Part shown: positions 20,130-30,597 of the stretch, one piece after another | Position numbering within the stretch: the stretch's first letter is position 1 | How the letters are laid out: each line of letters opens with the position of its first letter | Assembly (NCBI GenBank): GCA_963790205.1 | Contig: CAWBNQ010000014.1 | Coordinates: forward strand, 128,001 to 192,000 | Direction of reading: 5' to 3' | DNA from: Nitrospirota bacterium | Lineage (GTDB): Bacteria; Nitrospirota; UBA9217 | Length of the DNA stretch: 64,000 bases | Made by a program: the position numbers and the translations under genes | Notes under the pieces: generated by a model | Database searches by the model: none | Told to the model about the DNA's origin: nothing | The model's input: only the letters and a program-made list of their open reading frames with translations

Positions 20130-20290
20130 GAGAGAAGGGGCGCGTTGGCGCCCTGCAATGCCGCATGGAGAAATCTCCCCGACGGGTCGCTGCTGGCACC
20201 TGTCAGCGCCCCGGTCGTGGCGTTGATCGTATAGACGCAGACATTGTCGGAAAAGAGTTTCGTTGCATAGGCAAACTTCGGCACCGCCTT
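20130..20290 (-). pseudogene. Fragment of a lactonase-family beta-propeller gene
   Basis: PKFAYAT...NVCVYTINATTGALT...DPSGRFL blade motifs, no start codon. Confidence 0.55.
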
Positions 20291-20322
20291 CAAGGCCCTG
20301 CTTCCATGGGTCAGGGCCAGCG

Positions 20323-20608
20323 CTATCGGCCCGGGCTGCCCGAGGTCTTGCCTCGGGACCGGTGGCATATGCCTTCGTCGTCTTCTTCCCGTATCCGCTT
20401 GATCAGCCTCCGCATCTGCCGATCTCCAAGACCGATAAGGCCTGCTGCCTCCGCCCAGGTGATCTTTTCGTCTAATGCCTGATGAATGAGGTGAAGGCAT
20501 TTTGCTTCCCTTCTGCTCATCGTGATCATGTCCTTTTCCGCCACAATGCCCTCCCTGTATGGTCAGGCATTATAACTGGGGATAGGACATTATTATTTTG
20601 GGATTACA
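20323..20608 (-). mobile_element. Truncated ISNCY (IS1202-like) element: left end plus HTH N-terminus of transposase
   Basis: MAEKDMITMSRRE...EAAGLIGLGDRQMRRLIKR...GICHRSRGK; terminal TGTAATCCCAAAATAATAATGTCC starting at 20608. Confidence 0.75.
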
Positions 20609-20808
20609 GGAGATATCGTCGGAAAGAGTATGGAGCAGAGGGCAAGAGGATCTTCAATGCGGAATGGCGAATCGGGTCTGCTACGAAGTAAGATAGAATC
20701 TGATATAATCAAACATAAGTACGACAGACAACTGGTAGTCGAGAAGCGGGATGGAACCATGATCTGCAAAAGTAGAGCATTTTGATGCATTTTTGAGGAG
20801 ACACTGTC

Positions 20809-21651
20809 ATGAATCCTGCACAATTTTGTCCCATATCCAAACTTGACAAGCTGCTTTTGGCCACGGACCGCTCCACATTCAGCGAAGGAGCTGTGAGAGA
20901 AGCAATAGACTTCGCAAAGAGGTGTTCAAGCTGGCTCTATGTAATGGCTGTTATGGAATCAAACCCTGAATATGAGACCATCGGCGCCAATGTTTTTGAT
21001 AAAGAAGAGAAAGAAGCGATGGCATACCTTGAAACCGTAAAAGCACGGGCTGTGCAAGAAGGGGTGTCCTGTTCTACCATTTTACGCGAGGGGGTGACCC
21101 CGCATCAACTGATCACCGATGAGGCCGTCGAGAAAAAGGTTGACATGATCGTCATCGGCAGGCGCGGCCGCAGCGGTTTGATGAAGGTGTTGATGGGCAG
21201 CGTGGCCGCAAAAGTCATCGGCCATGCGCCGTGCAAGGTCCTCGTCGTCCCCCGGGCTGCACGGATCGAATGCAGGAATATATTGGTTGCCACGGACGGC
21301 TCGGCGCACAGTATCGCCGCTGCCGCGGAGGCGATCGGAATTGCAAAACGCTGCGGAAGTACTATTATCGCCGTGTCCACAATGTACGTTGAAGAAGGTT
21401 TCGATGAAGCAAAAGCAAATGTCGGCGCCGTCGTTGAGATGGCCCGGAAGGAAGGCATTCCCGTGGAAGCATTGACCCCGGCGGGCAGGTCTCACGAGGT
21501 CATCGTCGAAACCGCGGGCGGCAGGGGCGTTGATTTGATCGTCATGGGGACCTATGGGAAAACAGGACTCAAGAAAATTCTCATGGGAAGCTCAACGGAA
21601 AAAGTCATCGGCCATGCGAATTGCGCCGTTCTGGTTGTCAGGGCGCAGTAA
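20809..21651 (+). CDS. Tandem universal stress protein
   Basis: KLLLATD...DMIVIGRRG...MGSV and ILVATDGS...DLIVMGTYG...MGS. Confidence 0.93.
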   Translation: MNPAQFCPISKLDKLLLATDRSTFSEGAVREAIDFAKRCSSWLYVMAVMESNPEYETIGANVFDKEEKEAMAYLETVKARAVQEGVSCSTILREGVTPHQLITDEAVEKKVDMIVIGRRGRSGLMKVLMGSVAAKVIGHAPCKVLVVPRAARIECRNILVATDGSAHSIAAAAEAIGIAKRCGSTIIAVSTMYVEEGFDEAKANVGAVVEMARKEGIPVEALTPAGRSHEVIVETAGGRGVDLIVMGTYGKTGLKKILMGSSTEKVIGHANCAVLVVRAQ

Positions 21652-21685
21652 ACCTCGTATTCTCTATTTGTAAAAGGAGTGGAGG

Positions 21686-22615
21686 ATGCCGCAACGTTCG
21701 ATTTTAGTTGCCGACGACATTGAGAATCAGACCGACTCCGGTAAAAGACGTTCGCAAGCTATACGGAAGACTGCTTCTTTTCTGGCCCAACGGCTCAAAA
21801 CCGGCATCGACTTACTTTATGTGGAAGATCTGAAAGCTTATCCCTTGAGCAAGCTCGGTTCATTCCGTTTCCCGGCATGGCACTTTTCGCATCAGGAAGG
21901 GCTCGAGCAGATAGGCAGGCAATTTCCCGTACCGGTTTCCTGTTCCGTAAAAAGCGGTTCTCCTGCGGAAGAGATCCTGAAGGTACTGCGTTCCAAGTCG
22001 TCCCCGGAGCTTGTTATCGTGGGAACACAGGGCCGGAAAGGAGTGAAGCGTTTGCTCATCGGCAGTGTTGCGGAAGAAGTCGTCCGTCATTCCAGGCGGC
22101 CGGTGATGGTGATCGGACCGATAGCTCAGGAAACGGACCGGGACATCTCCGGCCAGAAGCAGCTTAAAATGCTCGTGCCGACCGACCTCGGGAAAAACAG
22201 CCGGGCAGCCGAGCAATATGCGCTGTCTCTTGCAAAGCGCATGGGTGCGAGAGTGACCCTGTTTCATTGCCTGTGGGACAGCATCCATGCAATTATGGTC
22301 AGTACTGCATACTCCGGGATGGCCGCATTTAATATCGATGGAATTATCGCCGAGTCACGGGAGGATGCCTTTAATGCCATGAAACGGAAAACCGGTTTTT
22401 TTCAGAAACACGGCGTGCCCTGTGATTACAAAATCGAAGACAAGTCGATAACTTCCGCGTGTGCGGTGCATCAGGAGTGTGGAAGCGGCTATTCGATCGT
22501 GGTCATGGGAACTCATGGAAGGAATGCCTTGCTCAATGCTTTTTTCGGAAGCACGGCGCGGGAATCGATCCTGAACGCAACGATCCCGATAATCATCGTG
22601 CATTCCGGAAGATAA
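21686..22615 (+). CDS. Tandem universal stress protein
   Basis: VGTQGRKG...IGSVAEEVVRH; VMGTHGR...FGSTARE. Confidence 0.9.
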   Translation: MPQRSILVADDIENQTDSGKRRSQAIRKTASFLAQRLKTGIDLLYVEDLKAYPLSKLGSFRFPAWHFSHQEGLEQIGRQFPVPVSCSVKSGSPAEEILKVLRSKSSPELVIVGTQGRKGVKRLLIGSVAEEVVRHSRRPVMVIGPIAQETDRDISGQKQLKMLVPTDLGKNSRAAEQYALSLAKRMGARVTLFHCLWDSIHAIMVSTAYSGMAAFNIDGIIAESREDAFNAMKRKTGFFQKHGVPCDYKIEDKSITSACAVHQECGSGYSIVVMGTHGRNALLNAFFGSTARESILNATIPIIIVHSGR

Positions 22616-22705
22616 GGATTCTTTTTTGCACATCCCCTTCGCGACCTGGAACGAAATTTTTTCGAAGGAAATTTTGCACGTGACGCTTTCCTGCCCAATC
22701 AATGT

Positions 22706-23001
22706 TCATTTCTTCCCCACCGGCATGAGATAGAGCGGCTGCTCCCGTCCAGGAAGATGCAGAACGGCCCTCACCTCCTCATCATGGAACGCTCCGATGA
22801 CCACGGTCCCGAGCTCCAGGGACACGGCCTGAAGAAGGACGTTCTGTGCGGCGTAGCCCGCCTCCTGATCGGCTGAGGTAGCTTTATGGAACCCCGGGTA
22901 TCGTCCTCAGCGCTATTCATGACAGGGAGAACGTTTGTTGATAAAAAGATCGTGAGGAAAGAGGAAAACAAAAGCAGAGATAAAAGCTTCGTGGGGAGCA
23001 C
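22706..23001 (-). pseudogene. Internally deleted SagB/ThcOx-family nitroreductase
   Basis: Signal peptide and IKLPQP joined out of frame to the C-terminal EAGYAAQNVLLQAVSLELGTVVIGAF...PLYLMPVGKK stop. Confidence 0.75.
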
Positions 23002-23203
23002 CTCGAGTAGTTGTGGATGCAGGCATAAGGATATTGTAGCATGACCTTGCCGTCTTGGGCTTGGAGATGGCCGCAAAACTTCTTCCTGTTTGCGGCACGA
23101 GTGACTCTGTTCTATAATCGTGCATAGAAGCACTTCATGAACAATCGTCACCTAAGCGCAGGAAATTACATTTCCCCGTATCTCAGTAATGAAAGGTCTT
23201 TGT

Positions 23204-23455
23204 ATGCACACCGAACGGATCGACGTCATATCCTACGCAGGCCGCAAGGGCGACGAGCGTCCCAAGACTTTCATCCTCCGGGGGCTCCGCATCGACATCG
23301 TGGAAATCATAGAACGCTGGATCGAAGAAGGGTCCGAAGACAGGGTGCGAAAACGCTACTTCAGGGTAAAGGGAAGCGACGGCAACACGCACCGGATCTA
23401 TTACGACGAGGACATCCTTGAATGGTATTACGCATCACAACATCCAAAGAAATAG
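23204..23455 (+). CDS. Small hypothetical protein
   Basis: YAGRKGDERP...IIERW...RYFRVKGSDG; overlaps the next gene. Confidence 0.7.
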   Translation: MHTERIDVISYAGRKGDERPKTFILRGLRIDIVEIIERWIEEGSEDRVRKRYFRVKGSDGNTHRIYYDEDILEWYYASQHPKK

Positions 23456-24108
23456 TAACAGCGCTCGGGGAAAAGTATCCGGGCAGGTTCTCCGCAGAAC
23501 TCGGCATTGACCTGTCTTCGGAGCGCTCGCCGGAGATCTTCAGGTGGTTCCTTGCGTCCGTGCTCTTCGGCGCGCGCATATCGGAGAGCATCGTAGAAAA
23601 GACCTTCCGTGAGTTCGATGCCCGGGGCATCGTGTCGCCGGAGACCATCCTTCATACCGGCTGGGACGGCCTCGTGGCGATCCTCGATGCGGGCGGCTAC
23701 GTGCGGTACGACTTCAAGACCGCGACAAAGCTTTTGGACCTGTGCAAAGCGCTGACAGAGAACTATCATGCCGAACTCGCGAATCTCCACACTGCGGCAA
23801 TTGACCCAAATGACCTCGAACAGAGGCTCAAGGCGCTTGCCAAAGGCATCGGAGACGTGACCGTGAACATCTTCCTCAGGGAGATGCGCGGCATCTGGAA
23901 AAAGGCAAATCCCCTTCCCTCGGACCTTGTGGTCATGGCGGCAAAGGAAAGGGGCATCGTCCCGAAGACCGTCAAGGACCGGGCAAAGGTCCTCCAACTC
24001 CTGACGGATGCGTGGAAAGAAACGGGTATGAAGAAAAAGGATTTTCCGGACTTTGAGGCGGCCCTGGTGAGGGCGGGAATAGAACTGCGGAGGAAAAAGC
24101 GGATCTGA
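23422..24108 (+). CDS. HhH-GPD-like hypothetical protein
   Basis: WFLASVLFGARIS, GYVRYDFKTA, KGIGDVTVNIFLRE helix-hairpin-helix-like motif. Confidence 0.7.
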   Translation: MVLRITTSKEIVTALGEKYPGRFSAELGIDLSSERSPEIFRWFLASVLFGARISESIVEKTFREFDARGIVSPETILHTGWDGLVAILDAGGYVRYDFKTATKLLDLCKALTENYHAELANLHTAAIDPNDLEQRLKALAKGIGDVTVNIFLREMRGIWKKANPLPSDLVVMAAKERGIVPKTVKDRAKVLQLLTDAWKETGMKKKDFPDFEAALVRAGIELRRKKRI

Positions 24109-24333
24109 TAATAGATTTTTTGCCGGAGAGATGTAGTGTGCTGCTGATTTGATCGATACGTCTTCAGGCGCCCTTCAAATCGACTTCGACAAAACCAAAT
24201 CTGCCGGAAAGACGCAAAGACTCAAGGAAATTCGAGAATCGTTTTGATTTAGTTCGCACCCTGAGATTAAAGTCTTTCTTAGAGTCTTGGCGCCGTCGTG
24301 GCGAGTATTGATTGCGGATCAACAGTACCCGCA

Positions 24334-27042
24334 TCATATCGTCAGCGTGAACATCCCCATCAACTGCTCATTGCTCAGCTCCGTGATCCATGCCTCGGAC
24401 CCGGACTGGATGACGTCGTTCGACAGCTTCATTTTTCCCTCGATCATCTGATCGATCTTCTCCTCAATGGTCCCCTTGGTGATGAACTTGTGAACGATCA
24501 CATTCTTTTTCTGGCCGATCCTGAAGGCCCGGTCGGTTGCCTGGTTCTCAACAGCCGGGTTCCACCACCGGTCAAAGTGAATAACATGGTTTGCCGCGGT
24601 AAGATTGAGCCCCACGCCCCCGGCCTTGAGGGACAGCACCATATAGGGCGCATAGTCCTCATCCTGAAAACGCGCCACAATCTCTTTCCTTTTTCCGACC
24701 GGCGTGCCGCCATGCAGCACGAGCCCCTGCCTCCCGAATATTCCTGTCAGAAATTCTGAAAGCGGGCCCGTGATCTCCCTGAACTGGGTGAACACCAGGA
24801 CGCGTTCCCGTTTTTCATGGATCGTTTCGCAGATCTCGCGCAGCCGGCTGAATTTGCCGCTGTCGCTCTCGTCGTACAGCCCGGTCCCGAGATACTGGTC
24901 CGGGTGATTGCAGAGCTGTTTGAACTTCATGAGCGAACTTAAGATGAGCCCTTTTCTCTGGATGCCCTCCGCGCTTTCGATGGTCTTCCTGAGATCGTCC
25001 ACCAGCTTCTGATAGAGCACTGCCTGCCTTCTGCTTAACAACGACCAGATCTTCATCTCCACCTTGTCCGGCAGATCGGAGATGACCGTTTTGTCCGTCT
25101 TGAGCCGCCGGAGAATGTAGGGGCTGATGACCTTCCTGAGACGCGCATATCCTTCATGGTCTTTGGCCAGGTTCTTGGAGAATTTACTGAACTCCTTGCT
25201 GCTCCCGAGAAGCCCGGGGTTGATGAAGTCGAACAAAGACCAGAGATCGGACAGCCGGTTCTCCACGGGCGTCCCGGTCATGACAATGCGGTTGACGGAC
25301 TTCAGTTTTTTGACCGCCCTGGTCTGTTTGGTGCCGGGATTTTTGATCGCCTGGGCCTCGTCGAGGATAACGTACTTCCACTCATAGGTATGGAGCCATT
25401 CGTACTTTTGCACCATTGAGTAGGTCGTGATCACGAGATCGAGTTTGTCCAACTCATAAGCTTCTTTCAGCTCCACCGTATTGGAATCGTTTCCAGCGGG
25501 GTGAGCGGTATAGAACGTAATATCCGGCGCGAACTTCATGAGCTCACTCGCCCAGTTTGAGAGCAGAGATGCGGGAATCACGAGGAGACTGGCGCCGCGC
25601 TCTCCCCGGTGCTTCAACAGGTGAAGAAGCGCAAGGACCTGCACGGTCTTGCCGAGCCCCATGTCATCGGCAAGGCACATGCCGAACCTCAGGGAATGCA
25701 GAAAAGCGAGCCAGTTCAAGCCCTTTTCCTGATAGGGCCTGAGTTTCGCTTTGAACGAAGGGCTTATTGTTACCGACTCGACCAGGTCAGGATGGCGCAT
25801 CTTCGCCATGACCGATTCAAGCCATTGGCCCCGCGTAACGGATACCGCCGTGTCGGTTCCGGCAATATCCAGCAGCAACTTGGGGTTCATTTGAAACCGG
25901 AGCGCGTCGCGGAACGTAATCCCCCCGCCTCTGGCAAGCTTACGCGCCCTTTCGTAGGCATCGAGGGTTTGGCGCAGCTTTTCGGGGTCAACTGACACCC
26001 AGCGGTTCTTGATCAGAGCGAGCCCTTCCGCGGAGTCAAGAAGACGTTGGGCCTCCTCGAAGGAAACCGGAGTATCCTCAAGGTGCAACCCGATATCAAA
26101 ACTGAGCAATGCATCCATCCCTACCGTAGAAGGCTGGTTATCGCCCAGGGAGATACTGACTTTCAGGCTCGATGACCCGCTCTTCCACCAGTCGGGGATG
26201 CGGCACAGGATGCCCGATCGCTCGTACAGGGGAATTTCTTGCAGGAAGGCGTAGGCCTCTTTCGCAGACCAGGCCAGGGGATGGAACAGCTCTCCGCTCT
26301 CCAAAAGCCCTGCTATGAGCGCGCTCTCCTTCGCGGCGCGATGAACGGTCGAGAGCAGGTCGAGAAGCTTCTTGTTGTCGTTGCCGTGCTCGGTCAGCGC
26401 GTGCTTCAGGGGTAGATGCCGCGACTTGCCTTGTTTGTTCAACTCTGTTGTGTAGGTGGCCAGAAAAGAAAACGGAGCATCCTCACGCTTGTTGTCCACC
26501 AGATGGAAGAATACGCGTCCGACGAGGTGGACATCGGGGCTGTATTGTTGTATGAACTCCTCGACCGTACCCTTGTACCGTCTGATCTCACTGCGAAACT
26601 CGTCGTGGAGCCGCTGCCAGAGGTCATCCAGCACCACCCTGCTCAGGTACTCGGCGCCGGTCATCAGAGGCACGGATGCAAGCGCGTGTTCCCGCTCCTC
26701 GCCGCTGAGCTTGACAGAGACCTCATCACGGATGGATTCAAGGTCCGGAGTCTGTCTGAGCTTGCTGGCGAAAAGACCACAGAACCCGCGCAAAAAATGG
26801 AGTGACGGGGAAAGAGAGACGGAGGTGTCGCGGAATCCAAGAAAAAGAAAAGCGCCGTCCGGATTTTCCGAGAACCGTTTGAACAGTTCCCGCTCAAGCA
26901 GGCTTTTACTCTTGTCGAAGGGCTCTCGTGTCTCCAGCCACTCCAGCCGCACAGTACCGACAGGCATGATAACTGCCTGCAATTCCTGGTTCTCGGATGC
27001 AGCCTTACGATGTTTACCGACCAGGTTCATAGCAGCACACAA
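24334..27042 (-). CDS. SNF2-family (DEAD/H) helicase
   Basis: LRPYQ, LADDMGLGKT, DEAQ, TGTPVEN, KAGGVGLNL, WWNPAVENQATDRAFRIGQ. Confidence 0.95.
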   Translation of the reverse strand: MCAAMNLVGKHRKAASENQELQAVIMPVGTVRLEWLETREPFDKSKSLLERELFKRFSENPDGAFLFLGFRDTSVSLSPSLHFLRGFCGLFASKLRQTPDLESIRDEVSVKLSGEEREHALASVPLMTGAEYLSRVVLDDLWQRLHDEFRSEIRRYKGTVEEFIQQYSPDVHLVGRVFFHLVDNKREDAPFSFLATYTTELNKQGKSRHLPLKHALTEHGNDNKKLLDLLSTVHRAAKESALIAGLLESGELFHPLAWSAKEAYAFLQEIPLYERSGILCRIPDWWKSGSSSLKVSISLGDNQPSTVGMDALLSFDIGLHLEDTPVSFEEAQRLLDSAEGLALIKNRWVSVDPEKLRQTLDAYERARKLARGGGITFRDALRFQMNPKLLLDIAGTDTAVSVTRGQWLESVMAKMRHPDLVESVTISPSFKAKLRPYQEKGLNWLAFLHSLRFGMCLADDMGLGKTVQVLALLHLLKHRGERGASLLVIPASLLSNWASELMKFAPDITFYTAHPAGNDSNTVELKEAYELDKLDLVITTYSMVQKYEWLHTYEWKYVILDEAQAIKNPGTKQTRAVKKLKSVNRIVMTGTPVENRLSDLWSLFDFINPGLLGSSKEFSKFSKNLAKDHEGYARLRKVISPYILRRLKTDKTVISDLPDKVEMKIWSLLSRRQAVLYQKLVDDLRKTIESAEGIQRKGLILSSLMKFKQLCNHPDQYLGTGLYDESDSGKFSRLREICETIHEKRERVLVFTQFREITGPLSEFLTGIFGRQGLVLHGGTPVGKRKEIVARFQDEDYAPYMVLSLKAGGVGLNLTAANHVIHFDRWWNPAVENQATDRAFRIGQKKNVIVHKFITKGTIEEKIDQMIEGKMKLSNDVIQSGSEAWITELSNEQLMGMFTLTI

Positions 27043-27068
27043 CCTTTATTCTAAAAAACATTTAGACA

Positions 27069-27182
27069 CACCCTGCACTCGTTTATGGCCGCGCTTTCGC
27101 AAGAGCAGGCCACGCATGCACACCTGCATTCGCGGTTCCACTCATAAAACACGGGTGCAGGCTCGTAAGCGCTGGGCGCAGG
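27069..27182 (-). repeat. Nested CCTG...CAGG miniature repeat (copy 2, inverted)
   Basis: Reverse complement aligns module by module with 315-430. Confidence 0.85.
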
Positions 27183-27349
27183 CGGAAAAATCGGATCAAC
27201 ATCTGATAAGGGCGGATAACAATAGACAATGAAACCCTCGCCAAAAAGGTGAGTCTCCCTTCCATTAAAAATCCGATTTTATCCGGTTCTTATCAGATTT
27301 GAACCGTGTCAAAAACCGTTTTTAGGTTTATTTATATGTAATAACCGAT

Positions 27350-27381
27350 AAAAAAACCCCGAGTCTTTACAAAACTCAGGG
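27350..27381 (-). terminator. Intrinsic terminator downstream of guaB and the small ORF
   Basis: CCCTGAGTTTT-GTAA-AGACTCGGGG followed by a T-run on the minus strand. Confidence 0.8.
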
Positions 27382-27424
27382 TGTTCAATTCAGCCATAGG
27401 TGAGGTTACCTCATGCGACAGCCC

Positions 27425-27610
27425 TCACTGTTCCCTCTTCGCCAGCCACTCCTTGAGCCTCGGACACTTCTTCTTCGCGCGATTGTCAATACAGTCGCCG
27501 CAGATAGTCATGTCCGGGCTGCACGGGACAAAGCCGTCCGAACCGTGTGCGTTCGCCGCGTTCCTGATCTTCGCGCTGCGCGCTTTTTCGATACTGGTTA
27601 CTTTCGGCAT
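27425..27610 (-). CDS. Small Cys-rich hypothetical protein, 61 aa
   Basis: PCSPDMTICGDC...KKCP; lies between guaB and its terminator. Confidence 0.5.
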   Translation of the reverse strand: MPKVTSIEKARSAKIRNAANAHGSDGFVPCSPDMTICGDCIDNRAKKKCPRLKEWLAKREQ

Positions 27611-27685
27611 GTTAAAATATTTTCATGACACGGGGCTGCCCCTACGATGTTCAATCCGCGATCCGAAATCCGCATTCCGCAATCG

Positions 27686-29170
<1,485 letters not shown>

Positions 29171-29280
29171 TTAATGCAAGCACGATCCATGATAAGCAAC
29201 ATTTGAATGCGCCATCATACATCCTGCATCGTAATTTACTAATTTACCACATTAAGAACAAAACCTCAAGGAAAACCGGA

Positions 29281-29919
29281 TTATTCAAACCCGGATTGCT
29301 TGTTCAGGAAAGGGTTTTCGCGGCGCTCCTCGCCAATCGTGGAACCGGGTCCGTGGCCGGAAAAGACCTTGGTGTCGTCCGGCAGGGTCATGAGGTTCTT
29401 CTTGATGGAATGGAGCAGGGTCATAAGGTCCCCGCCCGGAAAATCGGTCCTGCCGATGGAGCCGGCAAAGAGCGCGTCGCCGGTAAAGACCATGCCCTGT
29501 TCGAGCAGGCTGATGCCGCCCGGAGTATGGCCGGGCGTGTGCAGGACTTTCAGCGATACCTCTCCGGCAATGATCACGTCGCCGTGCTTCACGTATCGGT
29601 CGGCCGGCGGAGAGGACGGGGAATTCATCCCGAAAGCCGCGGATTGCTTCGAAGCAGAGGCGAGGAACGGCGCGTCCCCGGCGTGGATCAGGAGCTCGGC
29701 GCCCGTGGCTTCCTTGACGGCCTTGTTCGCGCCCACGTGGTCAAAGTGGCCGTGGGTGTTCACGATGTACTTGACCTTGAGGCCCTTGTCCTTGATCACC
29801 TTGAGGATGTCCCCTGCGTCGTCGCCGGGATCGATCACGATGGCGTCCATGGTCTTCTCGTCCGCGAGGATGAAACAGTTCACCTGGAGCGGGCCGACGA
29901 CGAGTCGAATTAAGATCAT
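29281..29919 (-). CDS. Metallo-beta-lactamase-fold hydrolase (glyoxalase II-like)
   Basis: THGHFDH, HTPGHT, GDALF, GHG. Confidence 0.93.
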   Translation of the reverse strand: MILIRLVVGPLQVNCFILADEKTMDAIVIDPGDDAGDILKVIKDKGLKVKYIVNTHGHFDHVGANKAVKEATGAELLIHAGDAPFLASASKQSAAFGMNSPSSPPADRYVKHGDVIIAGEVSLKVLHTPGHTPGGISLLEQGMVFTGDALFAGSIGRTDFPGGDLMTLLHSIKKNLMTLPDDTKVFSGHGPGSTIGEERRENPFLNKQSGFE

Positions 29920-30024
29920 AAATACCTACTTTCGCCACAGAGAGCACGGAGGAAAGGCTGCATACAATGAAGATGGCCGGGGAATCAAACAACCATTTCC
30001 CATTATCATGCTTTGCCTGGCATA

Positions 30025-30591
30025 TTACTTACGTTTTTCTCTGCGGGCTCTGTGGTTGATGTTCTTTTCCAACTCCAGCAGCCTCTTCTTCATCCCGAGC
30101 CCGCCCGAGAACCCGCCCAGCGTACCTGCCGAGCTGATCACCCGGTGTCAGGGGATGATGATCGGGACGGGATTGGCCCCCATCGCTTGGCCCACGGCCC
30201 TGCTGGCCCGCGAATTCCCGATCCGCCTGGCAATCCACGCGTAGGACCTTGTCTCGCCGTAGGGAATCTCTGCCGCCGCCTTCCAGACTGCCTGCTGGAA
30301 GCACGTATAATAACGCAGATCGAGCGGGAGGTCAAATGACACCAGTTCGCCGGAGAAGTATGCCCCGAGCAGCTTGGCCGCCTTTTCCAGCATCTTCATA
30401 CTCCCTCTCCCTTCGCGGGAGACGGTTGGTGTGAGGGGGGATGTCGCGCTGTCCAGTTCCTGCTGCACAGCACGTTTGCTCTGCCGGGGGAGGGCGATCA
30501 TCACGATCCCCTTTTCCGACACCGCCACACCCGCCCATCCGAGGGGGCTCCGAAAAACAACGCTTCTTATTCCGCATTCTGAATTCCGCAT
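30025..30591 (-). CDS. ogt: Methylated-DNA-protein methyltransferase with selenocysteine at the active site (UGA at 30148-30150)
   Basis: [47 protein letters not shown]: UGA replaces the Cys of PCHRV; SECIS-like hairpin follows. Confidence 0.88.
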
Positions 30592-30597
30592 TCCGAA

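Noticed and set aside
27425..27427. Sec readthrough at other UGA stops (27425, 4968, 3715)
   Set aside because: These fall at natural C-termini or before a terminator, with no conserved domain continuing
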